This document shows positions 24,384 to 37,400 of a DNA stretch of 64,000 nt, in pieces. The first letter of the stretch is position 1. The number at the start of each line of letters is the position of its first letter. The DNA is taken from assembly GCA_950097015.1 (NCBI GenBank), contig CATNEN010000041.1, forward strand, positions 3,348,001 to 3,412,000, written 5' to 3'. The position numbers were made by a program, and so were the translations under genes. Below the pieces are notes generated by a model that worked only from the letters and a program-made list of their open reading frames with translations, was not told the DNA's origin and did no database searches. The DNA comes from Macrostomum hystrix (taxonomy: Eukaryota > Animalia > Platyhelminthes).

Positions 24384-27300
24384 TTGAGTATTGAGTTCAG
24401 GTATAATAATATGGGGAGTATAGAGTTTAGGTATAATAGCATGGCGAGTATAGAGTTCAGGTATAAAATATGGGGAGTATAGAGTTCAGGTATAAAAATA
24501 TGGGGAGTATAGAGTTCAGGTATCAAAACACAAAAGCACAGATTTCAGGTTCAAGAACACAAGAAGCACAGATATCAGGTTCAAGAACACAAGAAGCACA
24601 GATTTCAGGTTCAAGAACACAAGAAGCACAGAGCTTAGGTTCAAGAACACAAGAAGCACAGATTTCAGGTTCAAAAACACAAGAAGCACAGATTTCAGGT
24701 TCAAGAACACAAGAAGCACAGATTGCGGGTTCAAGAACACAAGAAACACAGAGCTTATGTTCAAGAACACAAGAAGCATAGATTTTAGGTTCAAGAACAC
24801 AAGAAGCACATATTTCAGGTTCAAGAACACAATAAGCACAGAGTTTATGTTCAAGAACACAAGAAGCATAGATTTCAGGTTCAAGAACACAAGAAGCACA
24901 GATTTCAGGTTCAAAAACACAATAAGCACAGAGTTTATGTTCAAGAACACAAGAAGCACAGAGTTTATGTTCAAGAACACAAGAAGCACAGAGTTTATGT
25001 TCAAGAACACAATAAGCACAGAGTTTATGTTCAAGAACACAAAAAGCACAGAGTTTAGGTATAATAGCATGGGGAGTATAGAGTTTATGTTCAAGAACAC
25101 AATAAGCACATATTTCAGGTTCAAGAACACAAGAAGTACAGATTTCAGGTTCAAGAACACAAGAAGCACAGAGCTTAGGTTCAAGAACACAAGAAGCACA
25201 GATTTCAGGTTCAAAAACACAAGAAGCACAGATTTCAGGTTCAAGAACACAAAAAGCACAGAGTTTATGTTCAAGAACACAAGAAGCATAGATTTCAGGT
25301 TCAAGAACACAAGAAGCACAGATTTCAGGTTCCAGAACACAAGAAGCACAGATTGCGGGTTCAAGAACACAAGAAACACAGAGTTTATGTTCAAGAACAC
25401 AAGAAGCATAAATTTCAGGTTCAAGAACACAAGAAGCACATATTTCAGGTTCAAGAACACAATAAGCACAGAATTTATGTTCAAGAACACAAGAAGCATA
25501 GATTTCAGGTTCAAGAACACAAGAAGCACAGATTTCAGGTTCAAGAACACAAGAAGCACAGATTTCAGGTTCAAGAACACAATAAGCACAGAGTTTATGT
25601 TCAAGAACACAAGAAGCACTAGATTTCAGGTTCAAGAACACAAGAAGCACAGAGTTTATGTTCAAGAACACAAGAAGCACAGATTTCAGGTTCAAGAACA
25701 CAAGAAGCAGAGAGTTTATGTTCAAGAACACAAGAAGCACAGATTTCAGGTTCAAGAACACAAGAAGCAGAGAGTTTATGTTCAAGAACACAAGAAGCAG
25801 AGAGTTTATGTTCAAGAACACAAAAAGCACAGAGTTTATGTTCAAGAACACAAGAAGCACAGATTTCAGGTTCAAGAACACAAGAAGCAGAGAGTTTATG
25901 GTTCAAGAACACAAGAAGCACAGATTTCAGGTTCAAGAACACAAGAAGCACAGAGTTTATGTTCAAGAACACAAGAAGCACAGATTGCAGGGTTCAAGAA
26001 CACAAGAAGCACAGAGTTTATGTTCAAGAACACAAGAAGCACAGATTTCAGGTTCAAGAACACAAGAAGCACAGAGTTTATGTTCAAGAACACAAGAAGC
26101 AGAGAGTTTATGTTCAAGAACACAAGAAGCACAGATTTCAGGTTCAAGAACACAAGAAGCAGAGAGTTTATGTTCAAGAACACAAGAAGCACAGATTTCA
26201 GGTTCAAGAACACAAGAAGCACAGAGTTTATGTTCAAGAACACAAGAAGCACAGATTTCAGGTTCAAGAACACAAGAAGCAGAGAGTTTATGTTCAAGAA
26301 CACAAGAAGCACAAATTTCAGGTTCAAGAACACAAGAAGCAGAGAGTTTATGTTCAAGAACACAAGAAGCAGAGAGTTTATGTTCAAGAACACATAAAGC
26401 ACAGAGTTTATGTTCAAGAACACAAGAAGCACAGATTTCAGGTTCAAGAACACAAGAAGCACAGAGTTTATGTTCAAGAACACAAGAAGCACAGATTTCA
26501 GGTTCAAGAACACAAGAAGCACAGAGTTTATGTTCAAGAACACAAGAAGCACAGATTTCAGGTTCAAGAACACAAGAAGCACAGAGTTTCATGTTCAAGA
26601 ACACAAGAAGCACAGATTTCAGGTTCAAGAACACAAGAAGCACAGAGTTTATGTTCAAGAACACAAGAAGCACAGATTTCAGGTTCAAGAACACAAGAAG
26701 CACAGAGTTTATGTTCAAGAACACAAGAAGCACAGATTTCAGGTTCAAGAACACAAGAAGCAGAGAGTTTATGTTCAAGAACACAAGAAGCACAGATTTC
26801 AGGTTCAAGAACACAAGAAGCAGAGAGTTTATGTTCAAGAACACAAGAAGCAGAGAGTTTATGTTCAAGAACACAAAAAGCACAGAGTTTATGTTCAAGA
26901 ACACAAGAAGCACAGATTTCAGGTTCAAGAACACAAGAAGCACAGAGTTTATGTTCAAGAACACAAGAAGCACAGATTTCAGGTTCAAGAACACAAGAAG
27001 CACAGAGTTTATGGTTCAAGAACACAATAAGCACAGAGTTTATGTTCAAGAACACAAAAAGCACAGAGTTTATGTTCAAGAACACAAAAAGCACAGAGTT
27101 TATGTTCAAGAACACAAGAAGCACAGAGTTTATGTTCAAGAACACAAGAAGCACAGATTGCGGGTTCAAGAACACAAGAAGCACAGATTTCAGGTTCAAG
27201 AACACAAGAAGCACAGATTGCGGGTTCAAGAACACAATAAGCACAGAGTTTATGTTCAAGAACACAAAAAGCACAGAGTTTATGTTCAAGAACACAAAAA

Positions 27301-27740
27301 GCACAGAGTTTATGTTCAAGAACACAAGAAGCACAGAGTTTATGTTCAAGAACACAAGAAGCACAGATTGCGGGTTCAAGAACACAAGAAACACAGAGTT
27401 TATGTTCAAGAACACAAGAAACACAGAGTTTATGTTCAAAAACACAAGAAGCACAGAGTTTATGTTCAAAAACACAAGAAGCACAGATTTCAGGTTCAAG
27501 AACACAAGAAGCACAGAGTTTATGTTCAAGAACATGTGAGCATAGGTTTAAGAACATAGGGAGCATAGAGTTCACATTTAAGAACACAACAAGCATCAAT
27601 GGTTTAGGTTTATTAACACAATAAGCATAGAGTTCAGGCTTAGGAATACAAGTAGCAAAGAGTTCAGGTTCAAGAGCACAGGGAGCATAGTATTCAGGTT
27701 CATGAACATCGGAAGCATAGAGTTCAAGTTCAAGAATATG
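24384..27740. repeat. 30-bp minisatellite array (about 110 units) 5' of PAQR3
   Basis: Unit (gatttcaggt|gagtttatgt)tcaagaacacaagaagcaca, with degenerate related units at both edges. Confidence 0.97.
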
Positions 27741-29525
27741 GGCTCTACTTCTAAATAAAGTTTAATAGACTGAAACTCACAGAAAATAGTGGACTATTTG
27801 ATAAAATCCTAATCAATCATTAGCATACAGCATTGAATGCTGAATACAGCATTCAAATCAATCATTTGAATATAGACCTAATACAAATGCTGTAGCAGCT
27901 ATACACTGATTACCCATACAGAAAAGTTTTATTATGCCTTATGTCTCAATAGCATCTTGGTTAGAAATTACTCAATGTGTGTAAAATGGCAAAAAGCTAA
28001 AAATGTATTCTTATAGCATCAAACAAGATTTGAATGACTTCAAAAATAGAACATCTTTAACCTGTATAATCATTCAGGAGATTGAATTTATGTAATGAGC
28101 CTTAGACTTGGTTAGTTTAGGATAGTAACTAGGATAGCAACTATCTATAATTTTTGTGTTATAGTATGATAGAATTTAATTTTGTTGAAAATAATTTCTC
28201 TAATAATAAAAGTCTTACTCACTTTGTTTTATTATACCGCAACTTCCCTCCTCCAATACTGTATAAATACTCATGTTCTTACCTACTAAACTTCACTGTT
28301 TTTGGTCCTATGTTCTATAATAAACCATAGGAAGATACCAAGTTGAAGTGAAAGAAAGCTGATTTGCCTTTTGTCTTGTTTATTACTATTAAGTATTAAA
28401 GAGTAAGAATTGGATAACTATTAATTGAGCATTTTGAGGAGAAAAATATAACATATACAAAGTAGAGAGAGAATAAAGTAATGGAAGAGTGTGTTAAGAT
28501 AGGCAACTCTGATTCATTAGAGCCTTAGAGCCAAAATCTAACCATACCAATGGCTTGTCTTGTCTTGTAAGTGAAAAAATATTCCAGCATTTAGTTAGCA
28601 AGTATAATTTCAAGGATTAGCTAATAGCTATGAAGTAGGCCTATATTATTTTTTCTCACTTTGTTATCTTAGATTTGTAGACATACAATGTCAATATGAT
28701 GAAATGGTGATTGGTCTAAGTTATTGAAGTTTTTGATAGCATTTCTTTTATTTCATTTGATAAAGAAAAAGTAGTAAAAAAGTAAAAAGTATTTTACTTG
28801 ACTGCTAGGACATATAGGTGAGGAGAGGTAGACAAGCCATTATATTATTAGGGCCTACGCCTATATAAACAGCATAGGGAGAGGGTAGGGTAGTACTTAT
28901 TAGAGGCAATCTTTAGAGTGTAGACGAGGCAGCAGATGCACAAAGGGAGACGAAATAGAAACTTTAGGAGTGCTTAGGTTTCCCGGTTTATCAAGATTAG
29001 CTATAGCCATAGTAAAAATATTATAGGCCTATGAATTCAGATTTTCGAAGAAAAGCAAAAAAGCACGAAAGCATGATTCTTTTTAGTATTTAGATTTATA
29101 CATTTTATAATCACAATCATATTCTTATCGAATAATATGATATGATTATTCGAATACGAATAATATGATTCATCCATAACGCCATTCTAATTTCTTTAAA
29201 ACTTATTATTTAACTAGACTACGAGTTGTAGTATGTTTAAATGTAATATACGCTTCTATATTATCGGCTTTGTGGTATCTCATGTCAGTACTTTTATTTC
29301 GCCTTCTTTTTTAGTAGTAGTGAGGTTAGCTCAGGCAAGCAGCCTGTCTTGCTACTTTTATTTTATGTTTATTTGGATGAAGTAAGAGAATTATTAATGT
29401 TCAATTCTAGTTTAGTATAAATAAAATTTGGGCAGTTTAAATTGGTACGAAAGCGAAAAAACGAAAGTGATAACGAGCTTTTAATCGATCCAAGTAATCG
29501 ATCAAATCTAAGCAAAATAAGCTGT

Positions 29526-29957
29526 TAGTGAGGGCGGCGAACTGGCAAACAAAGACAAGCCAAAGTTCGAACAAGTGCGGCGAGAAGGGGGCGATGAAGC
29601 GGCGAGGGAGCAAACCCCTGTCGTCAAATTATATTTTGTTGTTTAAACCGGACAAGACAAATACATCTGAAATTAAAAATTGAAATTGAAAATTTAAATT
29701 AAAAATATTGTAAGTGCAAGGAAAAATTCTACGCACACACAGGCCGCGGCCTATATAGCCTAGGCCCACCACCCCAACACCCCGCGAACAGCACCCCAAA
29801 GGCACAGCGCCTGCCCTGCTCTAAAACCGGTTAGCGCTCGCGGGCCACGCGCAAACCGATGTATTAGTGAGGGCGGCAAACTGGCAAACAAAGAAAAGCC
29901 AAAGGTCGAACAAGTGCGGCGAGAAGGGGGCGATAAAGCAGCAAGGGGGCAAACCCC
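29526..29957. repeat. Two about 92-bp direct repeats 340 bp apart (possible retroelement terminus)
   Basis: tagtgagggcggc...gcaaacccc at about 29526-29617 and 29866-29957, with high identity. Confidence 0.75.
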
Positions 29958-30169
29958 AAGGCCAACACAAAGAAACGCAAAGCACAACAAAAGACCGACG
30001 GAAAAAAACACAATGGGAAAAAATTGAAAACCGGAGATAAGAAAATTAAAGAAATCAGAGGCCATTCACAGCAAAAGCACCGGAAAAAAGCGACCCAGCA
30101 GATTCTGAATCTGCGGATGGTAGAAAAGCAGACACGGCATCACTTCGCCAGTCACCGATGCACTTGACA

Positions 30170-31440
30170 TCCTGGACGGAGCCCAGGAAACCTTTTGCGA
30201 ACCTAACCCTACTTGGATAACGAGCTCAGCGAGCTCAAGGACGCCAGAAACCGCCTCCGGGAGACCAGAGCGTCCCCCGACGAATGGTCTGCCAAAACCA
30301 TGAGCTCAGTAAACGTTGATTCCTGCCTGCTTAGTCTGCTGGTTCGCCAGCTTCCTGGAGGGCCGGCAGATTGCGGTCCGCATCGGCACCTCCGTCGGCA
30401 AACGGTAACGTCTCCTCGAAGGAGTCCCACAGGGCGCCGTTAGCTCGCCCGTGCTATTTCGCCTTTACATCAACGACTGGGCGGAGTACTCCACGCCACA
30501 GGTCGACTACAGTCGGCTACGCCGACGACCTGGCGATTTGGTCCACCGGACGCAACCTCCCGGAAATCCTATCTCAGCTGCAGATGGCGCTGAACTGCAT
30601 TGAGGCCTGGTCCGCCCGCTACGCATCGACATCAATCCCGCGAAGACGGAATGCTGCCTGTTCTCAACGCGCGGACAAGGGCAAGGTGCTCAACCTTCAT
30701 CTGCTTGGCCAATGCGTCCCCACCAAAGACTACATCAAATTCCTTGGCGTTTGGATCGACCGCGGCCTCCTCTACAACCAACGAACCAAATGCATCAAAG
30801 ACAAACTCCATGGTCGAACCTCTATCCGGAAAGCGCTGGCTAACCGCGAGTGGGCATGGCACCGGGCCCTGCTCCTGAAGGTGTACAAGGCGCTAATCCA
30901 TGGTCTGGCATGCCGCTGCTGCCTGGACATCCTTGCTGTCCCAGACCCGCCTGGATGAACTGGACCGGGTCCAACGGAAAACACTGCGCACGGTCACCGG
31001 CCTCCCACGCTCCACGCCCACCGAAGCTATCTACCTCGAGACAGGAGTTGTGCCCATTGGCCTGGAAGCCAAACGGCACTGCCTCATCTCGTATGAGAAG
31101 ACACTCCGCCGGCCGGACGACGACCCGTTCAGGAAATTTTCCGAGAGATAGCAGAACATCCGCCTCGCCCCCAACAAGGGGCTCAGGGAACAAGCCATGA
31201 AGCTGTGTACAGCCTGATCCCCGTCCCGAGACGCAACTTCCACTGCACCCGGTCGCCCCCTGGGAAACGCTCTGCGACAGGGTGGTGCAGCTCTTCAGCA
31301 TCATCCCACAGCCAACATCCAACCACAACACCGCCGCTGACTCCGTGGCGACAACCATCGCCGATCGTTGTCCCAACGCTAAGCTCTACTTCACTGACAG
31401 ATCGGTGAATGGTGTCGTCGAAGACAGCGGGCGGTCTGGA
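30170..31440 (+). mobile_element. Degenerate non-LTR retrotransposon RT fragment ending in the start of RNase H
   Basis: SFLEGRQIAVRIG, EGVPQGAVSSPVLFRLYIND, GYADDLAIW, IKFLGVWID and KLYFTDRSV, with frameshifts and stops. Confidence 0.88.
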
Positions 31441-32244
31441 TCCACAACAATGATACTACAACAATGATACGGTACTCTATAACCTAATTATAACACTGGA
31501 AAACGATACTAATTCAAAAAGTAGCATAAACAACTAACTCTAACCTGGCTTTAATAGCAAGTCACTATAGGGCAAAAAGACGCTAACACTACGAAGGGTT
31601 TTGTCAAATATTACGTGTTGGTCGTCACATGGCTTTAATTTTTTTCTGAATTAATATCAGTGCTTTTCTATGTCGTCAAGAAATTCTGAAAGAAATTTAT
31701 ATTAAACTGTATTTTATCTTGCAACATTACGAAGTACTCGCGCATCTACGAGTGGAAATTCGTTTATAAAGTTTCCTCTTTATAAGCGCTGAACACCTGT
31801 GAATGTGGAATGTATTATCGTAAAGAAAAATCAAATTCGCAACTAAGCCATCGCAACACAGAGGCACAAGTTACTTTGCTTAAAGAAGCAATATGTTAAC
31901 AAATTATTAATTTATGTATTTTGTCGATAATTTCTGAACCACGATAAGCAGCTAGCCATCGGATATCGGAAAAAGCTCTGAGATTCATCAAATAAGAATA
32001 GAATAGAAATAATGCAAATAGAATATCGTGATAGGATTATTGAATAAAAGCGTGCTAACTATATTAAAAAACTAATAAGAAATAGAAAAGATTAAAAATA
32101 CGAATGACAAATATGATCGCAATATAGAAATTTTCACAACTATATTTTCACACCTCGCATTTGGACTCACAAGCAAAAGAGCATCTTTAGTCCAGACACG
32201 CTTCCTTGTCATTATCTTAATCCAGTCATTTTCTCTGCTTTCCG

Positions 32245-33756
32245 TCATGCCCTATGCAAGAAGACAATCTTGTGAGACGGTGGAGTCCTAATTGAATTGC
32301 CTTTAAATATCTCAGGGTCCTCCATCAGATCCCACAAGGATCGACCCTCCTGGGGGTCGAGGCTGAAGTGATAGCGCTGCATAAGAGCTGCAAAAAACAC
32401 AAAAAGCTCCATCCTCGCGAGGCTTTCGCCAAGACAAGCTCGTCTACCTAGACCGAAGGTGGCCAAGTAAGGGCAAGGCACAAACTGCCCGCCCTGTAGG
32501 TGCCGCTCCGGGAGGAAGCGAGTCGGCTCGGGGAACAGCTCTGGGTCATGGTGAATAGAGTAGACGTTGAAGGTGCAGATACTGTCGGCCTTTAGATTGA
32601 CTCCTGAAACGGTGATGTCATCAGTGACCCGGTGCAAAACACCCAGAGGTACCAGTGAGGCTCTGCGGTGAACCTCCTCAATGACTGCTTGAGTATAGTT
32701 AAGCAATGGCTTATCTTTCATTGTTGGCAGCCTTTCACGGCCGATTTGCTCGACGATCTCTTCAAAGACTGTGTCGGCGACAGCAGGATTTTCAATCATA
32801 AAGAGCACAGCCCAGCGCAAAGTGTTAGCGGTGGTGTCTGTTCCTGCCAGGAACAGCTCCGTCACTGCCATGGCTAGCCGGGTGTCGTTGAATAGCTCTG
32901 GTCGGATGTTTTGATGTTGAAGGTGAGCTTCTATATAGTCCTTTGCACGATCCACCTTCTCCATCTCCGCAGCATGCTTGTCCCGCTGCTCGCAGCAATA
33001 ATCATGTAACTTCTTGAAGTTGGTGAGCGTAACTGATGTGCTTGGTAAAAGTTTTAGAAGCGGCAGCAACACCGGAACCTTGTCCACAACAGCCAAAACG
33101 GATAGAACAATGCTTTGGGTGAGATTCGCGCTGCCAGCCTGTGATATTTTATGAAAAACCTCCAGTAGCTCGCTAAAGTGCGGATCTTCAGAGGCCAGAC
33201 GAGAACCAAACACAAGCTGGCAGATAATGTTGCTGGCGGCCGAGCTCATGAGGGCAGTAGTGTCGATAGGAGCTCCCTCGGCGGCTTCAATCGAACGGTG
33301 CAAGTGGTCCGTCTCAATTTTGATTATGTCCTCCGCTCCGCGCCGGCCGAAGCCGAAGTCTCGCAGAGTCTTTAGCGTGAATCGACGATACTCACGCCAA
33401 ATCTCTCCGTCTGACATAACGATACCTCCTATGTCGCCGAAAACACTGGCGGAAATCGTTTGACTTTGGCGACCGCTCAGCTGCTCCGCGTTGTCTACCA
33501 TGGCCTCCTTGAAGGCTGACCACCTATTAAAGATGTAGACGCACTGGGTGCCGAAATATACGCGCACTACTTGCTCGGTTCCGAATCGCTCGTATAGAGA
33601 CAGGTACATCGGCTCCTTTAAGTGACGCAAGCTGCCTATCAGGGGATATCGACCAACCGATGGCGCCTCCCGGCCTGTAACGCGTTTTCTACCAAACCAA
33701 TAGAGTCCTAGCGCAGTCACGCCACCAGCAATGGCTAGTGTTGTCGCAGTGGCCAT
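32245..33756 (-). CDS. Cytochrome P450, CYP2 clan, intronless, 503 aa
   Basis: N-terminal membrane anchor, I-helix LFLAGTDTT, K-helix ExxR (EVHR), FLPERH and heme motif FGLGRRACLGE. Full-length single ORF. Confidence 0.95.
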   Translation of the reverse strand: MATATTLAIAGGVTALGLYWFGRKRVTGREAPSVGRYPLIGSLRHLKEPMYLSLYERFGTEQVVRVYFGTQCVYIFNRWSAFKEAMVDNAEQLSGRQSQTISASVFGDIGGIVMSDGEIWREYRRFTLKTLRDFGFGRRGAEDIIKIETDHLHRSIEAAEGAPIDTTALMSSAASNIICQLVFGSRLASEDPHFSELLEVFHKISQAGSANLTQSIVLSVLAVVDKVPVLLPLLKLLPSTSVTLTNFKKLHDYCCEQRDKHAAEMEKVDRAKDYIEAHLQHQNIRPELFNDTRLAMAVTELFLAGTDTTANTLRWAVLFMIENPAVADTVFEEIVEQIGRERLPTMKDKPLLNYTQAVIEEVHRRASLVPLGVLHRVTDDITVSGVNLKADSICTFNVYSIHHDPELFPEPTRFLPERHLQGGQFVPCPYLATFGLGRRACLGESLARMELFVFFAALMQRYHFSLDPQEGRSLWDLMEDPEIFKGNSIRTPPSHKIVFLHRA

Positions 33757-34419
33757 ATTAGACCAATCTAAGTCCTGTCAGCTTCAAGTTGATGTGTCAG
33801 ATTGGTCTTACTTAGCATTGCACCTGGTCGAGCAATAGTTGTGTCATTTATAACCTGTCTGAGGGGTAGACATTGGACAGTACGGTCGTTTTCAAATGAA
33901 GGTCGACTTCTTTTCCGTCGAACACCAGTCGTAGCGGGCAGACCTCTCAATCTCTTAGAGTTTTAAGCGAAGGTTATTCGGCATGGCTAGAGAAATGAGT
34001 TCGAAGAGCAAAAGACCGTACCCGTACCCACAGCCCCTTACCACTCTAACCAACCCAACCCAAAGTAGTGGAAAGAGATTTTTTGGTATTTCATTTCAAT
34101 TCCTTTACTTAAGGTTAGCCTTTCAATTCAAGGTTGAGTGGTTGCCGTACATTGATATCTATAGAGAGAGTATTTACAGTGCTGATTTAGCATGATCTTT
34201 CCACAGTGTATCAGAATTATGCATTGCTGGGCATAAACTTTTCATAAAATCCTTGACCAAGCCCTCCACTCGTTTTGGCTGATTGCTTGAAAAAGCTTGG
34301 CGCAAAAAAAAATCGATGCTTTTTGGTCAACAAAAAAGGATTTTCGGCATATTCGGACAAGGAAAGCTCTTCTGATTCTCAAGCATTATGTGTCGCTTTA
34401 ACTACATTTTTTCGAGATT

Positions 34420-37400
34420 GACACTTTATTCACTGATGCGCAGACCCTACTGGTCATCAAAGAGAATCAATGAACTTCCTGTTCATTGAAGACAATTCTA
34501 TCTGGCTTTGGAAGACACTTTATAAACTGATGCGCAGACCCTACTGGTCATCAAAGAGAATCAATGAACTTCCTGTTCATTGAAGACACTTCTATCTGGC
34601 TTTGGAAGACACTTTATTCACTGATGCGCAGACCCTACTGGTCATCAAAGAGAATCAATGAACTTCCTGTTCATTGAAGACACTTCTATCTGGCTTTGGA
34701 AGACACTTTATTCACTGATGCGCAGACCCTACTGGTCATCAAAGAGAATCAATGAACTTCCTGTTCATTGAAGACACTTCTATCTGGCTTTGGAAGACAC
34801 TTTATTCACTGATGCGCAGACCCTACTGGTCATCAAAGAGAATCAATGAACTTCCTGTTCATTGAAGACAATTCTATCTGGCTTTGGAAGACACTTTATA
34901 AACTGATGCGCAGACCCTACTGGTCATCAAAGAGAATCAATGAACTTCCTGTTCATTGAAGACACTTCTATCTGGCTTTGGAAGACACTTTATTCACTGA
35001 TGCGCAGACCCTACTGGTCATCAAAGAGAATCAATGAACTTCCTGTTCATTGAAGACACTTCTATCTGGCTTTGGAAGACACTTTATTCACTGATGCGCA
35101 GACCCTACTGGTCATCAAAGAGAATCAATGAACTTCCTGTTCATTGAAGACACTTCTATCTGGCTTTGGAAGACACTTTATTCACTGATGCGCAGACCCT
35201 ACTGGTCATCAAAGAGAATCAATGAACTTCCTGTTCATTGAAGACACTTCTATCTGGCTTTGGAAGACACTTTATTCACTGATGCGCAGACCCTACTGGT
35301 CATCAAAGAGAATCAATGAACTTCCTGTTCATTGAAGACAATTCTATCTGGCTTTGGAAGACACTTTATAAACTGATGCGCAGACCCTACTGGTCATCAA
35401 AGAGAATCAATGAACTTCCTGTTCATTGAAGACACTTCTATCTGGCTTTGGAAGACACTTTATTCACTGATGTGCAGACCCTACTGGTCATCAAAGAGAA
35501 TCAATGAACTTCCTGTTCATTGAAGACACTTCTATCTGGCTTTGGAAGACACTTTATTCACTGATGCGCAGACCCTACTGGTCATCAAAGAGAATCAATG
35601 AACTTCCTGTTCATTGAAGACACTTTTATCTGGCTTTGGAAGACACTTTATTCACTGATGCGCAGACCCTACTGGTCATCAAAGAGAATCAATGAACTTC
35701 CTGTTCATTGAAGACAATTCTATCTGGCTTTGGAAGACACTGTATTCACTGATGCGCAGACCCTACTGGTCATCAAAGAGAATCAATGAACTTCCTGTTC
35801 ATTGAAGACAATTCTATCTGGCTTTGGAAGACACTTTATTCACTGATGCGCAGACCCTACTGGTCATCAAAGAGAATCAATGAACTTCCTGTTCATTGAA
35901 GACACTTCTATCTGGCTTTGGAAGACACTTTATTCACTGATGCGCAGACCCTACTGGTCATCAAAGAGAATCAATGAACTTCCTGTTCATTGAAGACAAT
36001 TCTATCTGGCTTTGGAAGACACTTTATTCACTGATGCGCAGACCCTACTGGTCATCAAAGAGAATCAATGAACTTCCTGTTCATTGAAGACACTTCTATC
36101 TGGCTTTGGAAGACACTTTATTCACTGATGCGCAGACCCTACTGGTCATCAAAGAGAATCAATGAACTTCCTGTTCATTGAAGACACTTCTATCTGGCTT
36201 TGGAAGACACTTTATTCACTGATGCGCAGACCCTACTGGTCATCAAAGAGAATCAATGAACTTCCTGTTCATTGAAGACAATTCTATCTGGCTTTGGAAG
36301 ACACTTTATTCACTGATGCGCAGACCCTACTGGTCATCAAAGAGAATCAATGAACTTCCTGTTCATTGAAGACACTTCTATCTGGCTTTGGAAGACAATT
36401 TATAAACTGATGCGCAGACCCTACTGGTCATCAAAGAGAATCAATTAACTTCCTGTTCATTGAAGACACTTCTATCTGGCTTTGGAAGACACTTTATTCA
36501 CTGATGCGCAGACCCTACTGGTCATCAAAGAGAATCAATGAACTTCCTGTTCATTGAAGACACTTCTATCTGGCTTTGGAAGACAATTTATAAACTGATG
36601 CGCAGACCCTACTGGTCATCAAAGAGAATCAATTAACTTCCTGTTCATTGAAGACACTTCTATCTGGCTTTGGAAGACACTTTATTCACTGATGCGCAGA
36701 CCCTACTGGTCATCAAAGAGAATCAATGAACTTCCTGTTCATTGAAGACAATTCTATCTGGCTTTGGAAGACACTTTATTCACTGATGCGCAGACCCTAC
36801 TGGTCATCAAAGAGAATCAATGAACTTCCTGTTCATTGAAGACACTTCTATCTGGCTTTGGAAGACACTTTATTCACTGATGCGCAGACCCTACTGGTCA
36901 TCAAAGAGAATCAATGAACTTCCTGTTCATTGAAGACAATTCTATCTGGCTTTGGAAGACACTTTATTCACTGATGCGCAGACCCTACTGGTCATCAAAG
37001 AGAATCAATGAACTTCCTGTTCATTGAAGACACTTCTATCTGGCTTTGGAAGACACTTTATTCACTGATGTGCAGACCCTACTGGTCATCAAAGAGAATC
37101 AATGAACTTCCTGTTCATTGAAGACAATTCTATCTGGCTTTGGAAGACACTTTATTCACTGATGCGCAGACCCTACTGGTCATCAAAGAGAATCAATGAA
37201 CTTCCTGTTCATTGAAGACACTTCTATCTGGCTTTGGAAGACAATTTATTCACTGATGTGCAGACCCTACTGGTCATCAAAGAGAATCAATGAACTTCCT
37301 GTTCATTGAAGACAATTCTATCTGGCTTTGGAAGACACTTTATTCACTGATGCGCAGACCCTACTGGTCATCAAAGAGAATCAATGAACTTCCTGTTCAT

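Noticed and set aside
24516-27599. Many overlapping 200-630 aa ORFs on both strands
   Set aside because: They result from a stop-free 30-bp repeat, switch frame at single-base indels and have no unique sequence.
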